Assembly (NCBI GenBank): GCA_013115125.1
Contig: JABANN010000129.1
Location: forward strand, 1 to 64,000
Reading direction: 5' to 3'
From: Perkinsus olseni
Lineage: Eukaryota
Length of the DNA: 64,000 nt
Shown here: positions 1 through 11,934 of the stretch, piece by piece
How positions within the stretch are numbered: position 1 is the first letter of the stretch
Layout of the letters: each line of letters starts with the position of its first letter
The notes under the pieces: model-generated
The model's input: the letters and a program-made list of their open reading frames with translations, nothing else
Databases searched by the model: none
Told to the model about the DNA's origin: nothing
Made by a program: the position numbers and the translations under genes

Positions 1-324
1 GGGTCAAAAACCCACAAATACGGATTTTCTCGCCCTTCACCATTTTCAGGATTCACTATTTTCAGGCGGGACCCATTGTTCCGCGTCGCGTTGAGAAAAT
101 GCAAGGTACCGCAAGATTTCAAGTGTATCTTGCAGAACCGTTTCACAAGTTGTGCGTACCGGTAGGACGTTTGTAGAAGTGAATTTCGTTGCGGACAATC
201 GGTAGCATGACATCTGTGCTCAAGGAATCTTTGAGGTTGACCGTGCAAGATACGTTAGAGGTCAAGATAGTGGACACAGCTGGATAATCGATCACCGGTT
301 TTCAGCCAATTGTTGTCCGTTCTG

Positions 325-2001
325 ATGTATTGGACCGAAGTTGCCTCATCCGACCCCCCTCCGCCGCCCCAATCCCCTTGGGGCCCTCACCAGCACCAAC
401 GCTACCCTCCTTATCGCAACCATCTGTCTCATCCACAACCCGGGGTCTACTCGCCCACCCGTTCGTCCGAGTCTGACGGTTCCGGTATGTGGATTCGGGA
501 TGACTCTATGTGCTGCGCTGCGAGCTACTATGCTGGTCCAAGCCTCTACGATTCCGCCGCCAATACTCCCATTTTCGGTTATGGTTATCCGCCGGAAGAC
601 GACGTTTACTCGTCTTACGGTGTGGGAGTATGCAGATTTTACCGAACGGGCCTGTGCAAGTTCGGCGAGGCTTGCCGCAATTTGCACGTTCATGACGGAG
701 AGAGCCCGAGAGCTGACCCGCTGTGGGAAGAGAAGCATAGCAAGCATCAGGTAGTAGTGATGCTGGTGGCGGTTTAATGAGTCTTGGTATAATCTGCAGG
801 AGATTTTTACGATCGGTGGTACCGATCATAATTGGCTCACCGCCTTGGCGACCGTTTAAAGTGTCAATTAGACGAATACTCGCCCCGTGTATTCGAGTCA
901 TTCGAGTCCTTCGACTACTTTTTCGTGTTCCCGAGAAAACGGGTTGGAAATCCGCGCTTCTCTGCGATATGAACTTTTGAGAATGTCCGTCAGAAATTTT
1001 GTTGGACTTTTTGTTAATTCCGTCAAAGTTTCAGGACTGAACAGACAGAAAAATCGGCGGATTTCGATCGGAGATTCAGCCATTTGCCGTCCTGTTCGAC
1101 AGCCTTCCGAGTAGTTAAGTATTGTTATTCTCTCTGCAGGCCCGCCTAGCGACAAGGAACGTCCTCTGCGCCATCTGCGACGACGATGTGGTTGCCAGCG
1201 GAAAACGATTTGGTCTCCTCGAGAATTGCGACCATCCATTTTGTCTCGAGTGCATTCGAGAGTGGCGCGATCAGAAGGACACTCAAGATCGAGAGAATCT
1301 TCGGCTGTGTCCGCTTTGCCGAGTCGAAAGCTTCTTGATCGTCCCGTGTGACCGGTGGTTGGTCCATGGCGAAGAGAAGCAGAGGGAGGTTGAAGGCTAC
1401 AAGAAGGCCTTGTCCAGGATCCCCTGTAAATTCTATCAAATGAAAGAGGAATGTCCCTTTGGGGAGTCTTGCTATTACAATCATGGCGGAGTAGAGGGCG
1501 AAGGTGGACGAATCATGCAGGGCGCTGATGGTAGAGTTGGGGGAGGTGTGGTATGTAGAAAGGTCGAAAAAAATCGAGAAATTTCTTGGAGAACGGATTT
1601 AGATATCGGCTGTGAGGGTACGATCGGTTGTCCCTTGCCGCAGCGAGGATTTTGTGACTTGCTCGGGTTCAGCTGGCTTTGACTATCCGCGTACGTCCAG
1701 TTCGTCGTGCTTTGAAATTCTGAAAAGGAGGGTATTTCGGTGGGATATGTGGATTTTTCTCAGGTAAAGTTAAAACCGTCCGTAAAAGTCGTCTTTGCGA
1801 TTACCTTTTTCCGGGGAGCAACGGAGGGGACGGAAGCGGCGAATAGCAAGAGCTGTTGGCGAAAGGCTTCAGGTGATAACAATTTCGCATAGTTGGGAAT
1901 TCGATAAATTATGGCGCTTACATTCATGCGGTTGTTGTTTTTCAGGTTTGGTGGGAAAAGTTCTCGTCGGTTGGAGTCTGCCAGAAGAGAAAAAAATATA
2001 G
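325..2001 (+). CDS. MKRN: Makorin-like E3 ubiquitin ligase (CCCH zinc fingers + RING), spliced
   Basis: CCCH finger CRFYRTGLCKFGEACRNLH; RING CAICDD...CDHPFCLECIREWR...CPLCR; second CCCH CKFYQMKEECPFGESCYYNH; C-terminal exon GKVKTVRKSRLCDYLF. Internal exon structure and the last exon are approximate. Confidence 0.85.
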
Positions 2002-2216
2002 TAGAAAGAAAAAAGAGCTCGGTGACACAGTATGTCGGACAGTGATGAATCGCCGCGATGTTGATGACGTATCTTTGCGCGTGCGTGCAAAGATATCTTA
2101 CCATCTTCATCATCGGTGGTTATGGAAGTAGCTCGTCTATTGGAAGCGACTTGAGTTTGACGGAAAAAATATTTTTTCCGATAGTTGATTATTTTCCGCA
2201 AGTGTTGTTGCTTTTG

Positions 2217-4232
2217 ATGTCGCCATCTTCCGCTATGGGAACGTCGACTCAGCAGCAGCCCGATCTCGGTTATCTCAACGACTACTTTGGACCCTTCGCC
2301 GCCGCCGCTGCCCCGTCCCCGCCACAGCAGGAAGGAGAGGGTGTTGACCCTCCTCTCGACCCGGCCCTCCTGTTCCTCATTCAAGCCCAGTTTGCTCAGA
2401 ACACGCCGCCGGTGGTGGGCTCCGAGGCCCCTGTGCTGGCCTTGGACTCGTTGTTGGGTCAAATGTCATCGTCGCCGTCGCCAGTGACGGAGGGAGAGGG
2501 CTCCATCGGTGCTGCCGGGAATCTTGATGTAAGAGGGTGGTGGGAGTAGGGTCTGTAGAGAACGTTGAGAATTGAATTTAAGGGGTAAAAGACTATCATG
2601 GGAGCGCTAATAGAACTTAGGTGAGGCAGCTGTCTGTCGTGTTACCCGACTAGGGGTGGTGATGTTGTCAATATTCACTTCTGTTTGTGTGTCGGACGTA
2701 GGGTATGAATCGGTATGGAAGTCTTCAGGCAAAGATTTCAACAACTTGCAGATTCTCCTTCGGGCTCGAGTCAAAAAATGAGAATATCGGATCCCTTTAC
2801 ACTTGTCTTTTATGACATCTGTAAATTATCCAACTATTGGCACCAAATTTTCTATTATCGCTATTAATTCAATTTTCTTGCTGTATTAGAGATTATTGAA
2901 CCTTCACCCGCGATTTGAAGAACACTAGTGAAAAACACGTTCCAAATTTCACATCGCGATTTCGCGTTTTTTGGTTCGCGAAGACGCCACTTCCCGTATT
3001 ACAGGCGAAACTCTAATTGTGTAAAAATTATTTCGACTAATACTCTATTGCTTGCTCATAACGCAGAGATCTTATTAATATACTATAATTTTATATTTTC
3101 ATGACAATTAGTCTATGATGCCTTTTCTGACACTTTCTACCGTCATAATGATTTGTCTTCGCTTGGAAAAGAATTTCGTGGCGCGCGGTCGTTAGCATTT
3201 TGTTCCATTTATATATCATACGTGTATCAGAAATATCTTTTGAATTTACTATATTTTATATTATTATGACAATTACTCTATGATGCTGTTTTTGGCTCTT
3301 TTCACCGTCATAATAATCGCCTTAGCTCGGCAAAGAATTTCGCGGCGCGCGGTCGCGATATTTCTGTTCTCTTTCAGAATGTTGTCGCTAACAGCATCAG
3401 CAGTCAGGCAGTGGATTTGGGAGTGCCCGTGGGCAGCCCATCCAGCAGCATCGCATCTGTCCCTTTGAAGACGACGACCGGTGATGGTGATTCGACCGAG
3501 CCGGCGGCGGCGGCCAGGAATGGCGGAGGGGAGGCCAAGCGCGTCGTACCGGAGAGGGTGTTGAGGAACACTTTGATGCTGTTGGCACGAAACGGATGTC
3601 GTTTGCCTTTGAAAAGATTCCAGGAGATCTATGCTAGAGAGTAGGAAGAGGGTTTAGGGGGTAGTGGTATCTTGATCGATTAAGATACTATACTTGGTTG
3701 ACCTTGGTGGTATCTTGATCGATTAAGATACTGTACTTGGTTGACCTTGGTGGTATCTTGATCGATTAAGATACTATACTTGGTTGACCTTGGTGGTATC
3801 TTGATCGATTAAGGTGCTATACTTGGTTGACCTTGGTGGTATCTTGATCGATTAAGATACTATACTTGGTTGACCTTGGTGGTATCTTGATCGATTAAGA
3901 TACTATACTTGGTCAGCTTCAGTGGTATCTTGATCGATTTGGAAATCTCGTATGGAACCTTGTGGGCGCTGCGGGTGGAATCTTAATCGATCAAGATCTC
4001 TCTCAACTCGACCTCAAGATATCCTCGCTCTCTCCGCCCTGAGTATCTTTCTACCCGTATCAGGTTCGGTTCAACCTTTGATTCGAAAGCTTACGGTTTC
4101 GGTTGTCTCCGCCTAGCTCTACTGTCCCTCCCCGGAGTCACCCTCACCACTGATACTGTCTGGTTGTGGTCGTGCAGAACTTGCGGGGTCATGGCTAGTC
4201 CCGAGACGGGCAGATGCAAGTGTAATAAATAA
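2217..4232 (+). CDS. LOTUS/OST-HTH domain protein (3 exons: 2217-2528, 3379-3640, 4064-4232)
   Basis: GT-AG splicing gives one frame ending ...LLARNGCRLPLKRFQEIYAREFGSTFDSKAYGFGCLRLALLSLPGV...CRTC...CKCNK*. This matches the LOTUS pattern (Y...FG..FD...YGF..L...L..LP). Confidence 0.7.
3664..3939. repeat. Intronic 43-bp minisatellite, 6 full copies plus a partial copy
   Basis: Unit GTGGTATCTTGATCGATTAAGATACTATACTTGGTTGACCTTG starts at 3664, 3707, 3750, 3793, 3836, 3879 and 3922, inside intron 3641-4063. Confidence 0.95.
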
Positions 4233-4539
4233 TATCATCTGCTTCGCTCCGCTGTGATTTTTTCGTGCGTCGAATGCGGCAAAATTCTATCTTTAGTTGT
4301 TTGGAAAGAACAATTTTTCGAAAATCTCGCGGAATTTTCAGGATTTTAAAGAAAACAAAGTGGCCAAAATACCGAAAATTTCGCAATTTTCCTCGCAATA
4401 CTCCGCGATAGAAACGACAAGGATCGTATGAGCCCCTACTAGGCTCTTGGGATGATGCAAGCGCGCGCCCGGATGATCGATTTTCGTTGAATGTTTTGAA
4501 GGTGTACCGATGTGGGACTGATTCGATTTTTTGGATCAG

Positions 4540-7500
4540 GTTCGCCGGCTACTACGACTGGTAGTAATTCTCGCAGTGGACCATCTCTGAAACAACAACA
4601 TTCTAAGTCGTTCAATGGCGATGATGGTAGTTCGAGCGTGGCCTCTCACGGTTCCGTAGGGGCTCGTAACAGGAGAAGTAGCAGCAAAGGGGTGCACTAA
4701 ATCGATCAGCTGATCGATTTGTGGTGGATTGATTTTGCCGTTGTATGCGGTTGCCAGTTGAGTATTGAGGCTGAGATATCTTGCGAAACCGTTTGATGAT
4801 TGCATCGCTCCGTCGACATGCGTGGGTTTTTATTACGATTTTTGCCTGCCATTAATCGAGTATTGTCTTATACCATTATTTTGTGCTACAATGCCACCAT
4901 CAACAGCCTACTACTACTCGTACGATTGCTATACCAGCGTCGCCCAGGAGATCATCAGTGACTGGACGAAAATAAGTCTATGAGTAGTAGTAGTACTGGA
5001 GGGCATCATAATCGATCAACTGATCGATTTTACTATACCCAGCGCAGCGAATGGCGGCGGTTGAGGTCGGAAAGTATCTTCTACGGTTGAGCTTGGATAT
5101 TTCCCAACTTGTACGGTATTAAGTGACAGTTCTGCAGTGCCCTCTGAACGGTCTCACTGTGACGACCGCTGCGACGTCGAGTTAGTCAATCAGGGGTTGT
5201 TCTTGGGCCATCTTGCTCACTTGCGATTTCTCAACGCAAAATTCAGTGTTACCTTATCATTTTAATTCTTGTTACTGGTTATTGAGAGGATGTTCGGAAA
5301 TGGAAAAAATACGCCGATCGAAGAGGTGAGCTGCCGAGTTTCTTGCGAAGGGCCAGGTTCAACCTAAGATTCGCTCGTTCACACGTGACTTGTTATGAGA
5401 AATCGTCACTCGCCACGAAATTCATGCATTCCCGTGTCCCTCAGGTCGATACCCCACCGGCAAGGCGGATGGTACATCGAGCTAAGCGGAATGGTACTGA
5501 TATTGGGCGAAATTCTGGAAATTTTCGGGAAAATTGGGTGGAAATTCCTGTGAAGCACGATGCAAGAGTCACTGGGAATTCGGCCAGGTTTTCCATCTCT
5601 CTTTGATATTTTTGCGGGGTAGATTTTCCTCGGGAATTGATGAAGCGCATGCATTGGCGCTTCCAGGTGGTGAGCCCGCGAAGGTTCGAATCCCAGCAGG
5701 GGCATTTGCAGGGAATGCAGCGGGCCGACGGAGTAGGAGACATTTGATTACACTTGGCGGAATGATTGGTTGCCTTCAGAGCTGTCGGACGCCCCATCGC
5801 CGTTCCGTAAAGTAGCCAGGACGGATGTCACAGAGAAGCAGGGTAATCGAAAGGTCCCGGGATCGATCCCTGGCACAGTCGTTTTATGCTCCATCAAAAG
5901 ACCGTATCTTGATGTCGTTTAGGAACGTCGACGAGCGCGTATCTTTACATATTTCCGACCTCGGATGAAGATACTATGCAGTCCAACGGCGTCTCGAAAG
6001 GTTGCGGGTTCGGCCATGATTTGACGACTGGTGAATCCGCGAGTGAATCTTCGAGCTGCGGTTGCTGCAGGGCAAAGATACAGACAGAAGATACTGCGTA
6101 GGGAATCTTGCATGCGTGCATACCAACTTTTTGTCAACTCGCCCTTCTCAGCTACCGGTGCAAAGTCTGTGGGTTAAATTTTTGCGCAGCCTGTACTGAT
6201 ACTGCGAAGCGAACAGGTGAGCCGAGGCGTCACTTGCAATCTTGCATTTCCTTAACGCAGATCGAACCGCTCTCCAGTCCCTGAGATGCCCTAGAAGGCA
6301 CAGTTTGCAGAATTTCGTTGCTGATCGGCCAGGATATGTTTGCAATATCTGCGATTCGAGCTCACTCGTGAAGGGCGCGAATGTGTAAGATACGCAAAGA
6401 TACTCCGCGCAGCCGCAAAGATTTTGGATACGCCCTCTCTGGTCAGTCTGGGGTGTCGGAAGTGCGACTTTGATATGTGCGAAAAGTGCGTCGAAGTTGG
6501 CTGCAAAGCTGGTGAGCCGATCACCATCCGACCTAATCCGTATCTTGCACGGGTCAACCTCGTATCTTTGTAGTTTCTGTATCGAGTACCCTTCCTGACC
6601 ACCCCTCTCCAACCGATTTCGCCCGTCTGCATTGCGGCAATGGTCATCCACTACGCGACTTCACAGCTCTCAACGGAGCGGACACTTGCGGCTGCTGCTC
6701 TCGAGCGAGCATCCCTCGAGGGACGAAAGCGCAGCCTTGAGGTCTCCTCCGGTCGATTGGTATCTTTTCTCGCAGGTTCTCCTGTAGTGATTGCAAGTAC
6801 GAGTTGTGCTTCGAGTGCGCGAGTAAGTTGAAAAATCGAGAGAGCGTTCGCTCGATGCTCAGCACTTTAAATTCCCTCGGTTCAGTAAAGCAATTGTGGA
6901 ACTCAGAATCGACTCTGGAATTGTTTTCATAAAATTAAAAATGGGACAAAAAATAGATTCTGAATTTCACATTGAGTTTAGTGAACCACAGTACTGTGAA
7001 AGCGCATTAGAAAACTCTCAGGATGCTCTTCATCCGTGATTTGTGATTGTTGTGGTATCGTAGGAAAGGCCCTGGTGGCTCACAAGTCAGGAGGGACAGT
7101 GGTGGACAGCGAGAATCTTCTGAAAAATGTAAGACTGTTCTTGTCGACCTCTACTGGAGCTACTGCGAATGAGGTATCTTTTGGATTACCCTAAGTCCTA
7201 ATACTCCTATCACAGTTCGTGTGAGAATCTCGCTCGCCCGAAAATAATTGTTTCCGCGGCACCGTGAAAAATATTTGTTCCACAGGTGGATAATTTACTG
7301 AATGATAAAGACGCACTTTGGGATAACTGTTGGAGGTGGTTTAATACGTATGATGTTAATAAAGATGGTAGGAGGATGATGGAGAGTTCATAATCGATCA
7401 CGTGATCGATTTCAGGGAATCTTAATTTCGTTGAGCTAACCACACTATGTGGACAGCTTCTGAAGGACCTCGACGTTCCGGGGATCGACACTTTCGTGGT

Positions 7501-10500
7501 CGAACAGGTGAGACGGAAAATTGCACGGAACAAACAATTTTTACAATTTTTCGCTGTGATGCGCCACAACTTGAATGGCTCGAAAAGCGGCATCAGATAA
7601 GACGAGAAGCCTACAGGAAACGAGTGTTCGTGCAGAGAGCGTGTATCACTATCACCTAGCTTCGACCTAAGATTCTTTCGAAGATAGATTTGTACCTCTG
7701 AATCATGATGGGGTCGTGAGCAGCAGGTTTATGGCCCAATTTCATGGCGCGCGGTCATGATTGTTGTAAGCGCATACATGGTGGAGGCACGTCTTGCGTG
7801 CATTGCTATTGCTGTATTTTCGTGGCGCGCGGTCAGGCGATTGCTGTTACTAGATAGATGTTTCTCTTATGAGAACCTTTCCTGGACTGTATAACCCCTG
7901 ACGAATTTCGTGGCGCGCGACGCTGCCTTCATCGTCTGTCTCATTGTTCAGTACATGAAGATGTATGACGTCGATGGCGACGAGAGGTTGACACCAAAGG
8001 AATTTTTCGAGTTGTTCACGCGTCTGCTGGTGAAGGCCAAGTAGGGAGTTGCCAGGTTAGTAGCTGTGATTGCGTATCTTAGGTCGATCCATGCGCCAGC
8101 CGGAATGAAACGAGAAGCGCTCATCGGGAAGAAAATGAACGGTAGTCGCAACTCAATTTCGTGGCGCGCGGTCATTATTTGACGGTAGGATCTCCGTCTG
8201 TACGGTATACCCTGAAGGAAGATCTCGGCCATGGTTCGTTCGGGGCGGCTCAGAGGGTGATCGATAAGATGACTAAGAAGAGCAGGGTAACGGTTAAAGA
8301 ATTCCTCACCAATCTGAGTTGAATTTTATGCTACCGCCACGACCACAACGCGGAATTATCGCTCAATAGATGGTCGTACTGGTGCCGTCTTGCTGTTGCT
8401 CAACGCCTTATGGGTGTTCAAGCTCCCAATTTCGCGCGATTTGACCGAATCCCAAAAATGTTAAATTCTTGAATCATCGAAGATAATAAAATTATAACTA
8501 TCAAAAAAGAGGGGTAAAAATAAAGATATCTTGCGGCGATCATAATTCATTGTCATCATCATTTTCTCAATTTTCCTTGTGTCGATTTAGGTCATGAAAA
8601 CGATAAGTAAAAAAGAAGGTCATTCGACCCAGGCTGAGCTGGAGTTGGAGATCGAGTGCATGAAGAAAATGGACCATCCCCACATACTCAGGCTGTTCGA
8701 GTAATACTCCTTTCGGTCGCTCGAAAGGCTATTTTCCATTTGCGAGTTTCCATTAGCTAGCTTTCGATGGGAGATGGGTTTGAGGAATATTAAGAGAGAG
8801 CAAGATGAGCAAGATTTGTAGATTTTTTTCTCTAGGTATTACGAGGATGCCAATAATATGTACCTTATTACCGATATTTGTGAAGGAGGGCATCTACTGA
8901 AGGTGAGCTCAGATATGTTTGCCAGTTCTCTAAGTTGAAAACAGTTTCGGTCTCGGTTGCTAGCAAAACGTTAGGAGTTGCGAGAAGCAACGAATGGTGA
9001 GGTCTCGGCGCCACTTTGCCAACGTGTGTCTTCGTGGGTTCTCTAGTTGGCAGCATTATTTTCGTCCTTGACCGGGAAACTTCCTTGTAGCGGGGGCATG
9101 CTACTAGGATTATGTGTGACTTGGTCAGGTGATCGAAGACGCACATCGCAGTAAGATTAGGAAGCCCATGACCGAGCGATGGATCTGCTCAGTGTAGGCT
9201 CTCGCGTGGCGGACGGTGGATTTCTTCGCCTTCCTTGAATAACGCGCGGGAGAATTGTTTTTGTAACAAAGTATCATCGCAAATCGCTGATTTGCAAACG
9301 CAGAGGCTCAGAGCTTTCTTTGTGCGCCACATTTTTCGCAGGGGAATTTTCCTCTGAAATTTTCAGCATTCCCCAGTATCGAGGAGTGTAGGTTTCGTAA
9401 GGAAGATTCCGCGCTTCAGTTTGGTTGCGGCTGAGTCCCGAATTATTCTGACAACAGAGGAAGGCGTTTCTCAGATTTTTTCTGTTCATGGGCGAAAATT
9501 TCCGCATCAAAATTTGCATGTGCTACGCTTGTTCACCAATATGATGACACCTTATCGTCGTTCTGTCCACCCTCTGATTTTTGAATATTTTTCTCAGTTT
9601 TCGTCAAGCCATCGATGCTGTTGCCCATTGCCATGCTCATGGTTTGATACACAAAGATATCAAAGCCGAGAATATCCTTTTGATGAACCGAGCTCCGGCG
9701 ACCGCGGGAAAAGGGAAAAGTGAGAAAGTGGATGCTTGGTGACTCGGTTCGGCGGACTTCGCATTGGTTACGTGTATGAAGATATTTTCGCTCACTATCA
9801 TGACGTAGTTTGGGATGAGAGAGTTCAGTGTAGCCGTCGTGTTTTCGTCCCGTTGGGGTAGCACTCACGGAGTATGCAAAAACTGCTTGGATTCTGTTTG
9901 AAGTACTACTGTAAATGAGCTCGCAGTACGGTTGTATAAAATGTGGATGAGTTAATGCCGTTAAGTTACGTGGTGACGTGTTATACCGTCAATCGGGTTG
10001 TTTGAAATTGTCGAAAACCAGTGCCTTTCTTCGATCTCTCGACCGCCGTAGCGCATTTGTGCAGCGGGAAGTTCATCATCACGTGGCTATCCTCTCCTCA
10101 GAAATCTACGAGATGGACCCTCACGTGGTTCTTATTGACTTCGGCTTGGCTGAGTTGTTCGATCCCTCGAGAGCGTTCCAATCAAAAGTTGTCGCTGGGA
10201 CCCCCTACACCATGGCTCCAGAGGTAGTTGATGGCCGACGGACGGGAAGAAATACTGAATTTAATGATCTTGAAAATTTTCTTGCTGTTCTCACGTCCCG
10301 CCGTTTCTCGCTCGGACAGTTCTCTAGGCAGAGTTCAGCAGGGTTCATCCTGGTGTGTGGCAGAATGAAAGATGCCAGTCGGAAGGGCATCGAAAATTGG
10401 TCATCGGGCGTTGCAATATTTTTCGAACGCCCGATCAACTCTGGTGAATCTTTCAGGTGTGGGCTTCTGCCCAGAATCGTTCGAAGACTTTCGGTCTCAA

Positions 10501-11934
10501 ATGTGATGTCTACAGCCTCGGTTGTGTTCTTTTCCACATTCTAACTGGCAAGGTGAGTATTATAGTCGATCATCAGGGCGCGCGCTACGTGCGTTCACCT
10601 TTAGATACCGGTTATTCCGAAGGGAAATAACGCGAGAGCGTGGCTACGGGCGATAGAGGGAGGCCCGGAATGGTCGCTGCTCGACAGCACTGGCGCGTCG
10701 ATGGACGCAAGGAAACTTGTCCGCGCTATGATGCGGTGGGAAAGACACTCATCGTCGGGTATTTTTCGAAAGAGAAAGTCGCCATTAAGAATTCTAGACC
10801 CCCTTAATGAGGGTGGATGATTCGAATTTTGTCTTTATTTCGGAAAAAGTTGTGAAAGTGGTCTTCGAACGATGCCGCTGTTGACTTCAAAGTAGTAGTT
10901 TTTATCTTCACGGCGACGCTAAGGAAAGCAAAAGATATCTTTTAACCTCGAATCTTTCACCGTTCAACCTTGGATTCTTCTCAGTATTAACGAGAGGGAG
11001 CGTCCCTCCTCTCGTCAATGCCTTCAGAGTGAGTGGTTCTCGCTCCACCACGCGGAGCACACCCAGAGGCTCAGCCCAGTCGCCGTGCGGGTAAGTTGTT
11101 TGTTATTATGGAAACGCTGGGATTGTGTAAAATGAAAAGTGTAAAATTACGGATTCACCATTTCTCAGGAATTGGCCGGCTTCTGTCGGAGGTCGGCGTT
11201 CGAGCGATCCGTGTTGATGGGAGTGGCGACGCAGGTGGGAGGGAGGGGCGCCGTCGAGCAGGTTGGTATTCATTTTGGTCAGGTCAACGCTCTGGACATT
11301 CCTGAAATTAATTCCATTTTTACCGCGCTTGACCGCGCTAATACAGGCACTTTGTCGAGAGAACGTGTAGCCGTCGCCTTGCAAGGGTCAGGCTGCAGCT
11401 GGATACCTCCGTCAGCGGCTGTTCTCTTGTCAGGCTTGGTATTGAGGAGACGATGGCCCTGAAGGCCGTAGAGGCTCTTGACATGGACGGAGATGATAAG
11501 TAGGCTATCGAAATGAGATCTGAGACTCGAACGATTCTTGAGTTTGTTCAGCATTGATTACACAGAGCTTGTTGCTGGTCTGCTGTGTGCTTACGACGAC
11601 CACATCGATCGCCTTCTATGGGCGGCCTTCCGCAGCCTGGACCTCGATAATGACGGTCGGCTAGATCGGAAAGAAGTTGCAACACTCTTGTCGTAGGCGG
11701 GCCCGGAAGCTCGCCGGACACAAGCTTGGTGTTTTTTGTCAGGACAGCCGAGGTTGATGGAAGGAAGATACGGCCGTCTGCTCGTGAGCTGGATGCTCTG
11801 CTAGACGAGTTGGACCGGGATCAGGACGGGTGAAGATTCGAAGGACCTCGGGTGGTGCTCATCGCCCTGTCCGCAGGTTCATACAGTTTGATGAATTCCG
11901 AACGCGATTTACTCCGAAAGTGAAACGCTTTTGA
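4540..11934 (+). CDS. CDPK: Calcium-dependent protein kinase (CDPK6-like layout) with three N-terminal Cys/His zinc-binding repeats and N-terminal EF-hands; many exons, start codon uncertain
   Basis: EF-hands YDVNKDGNLNFVE and YDVDGDERLTPKE; kinase motifs LGHGSFG, VMKTI, MDHPHILRLFE, HKDIKAEN, IDFGLA, GTPYTMAPE, CDVYSLG; C-terminal EF-hands LDRANTGT, LDMDGDDNIDYTE, LDLDNDGRLDRKE, LDRDQDGFIQFDE; stop TGA at 11932-11934. Confidence 0.92.

Noticed and set aside
3664-3939. CRISPR-like array (palindromic repeats)
   Set aside because: No unique spacers and no cas genes; it is a eukaryotic intronic minisatellite.
5205-5221. Relict spliced leader (GCCATCTTGCTCA, resembling the Perkinsus SL ACCGTAGCCATYTTGGCTCAAG)
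   Set aside because: The match is short, gapped and not upstream of a start codon; the similar word near position 213 is equally weak.
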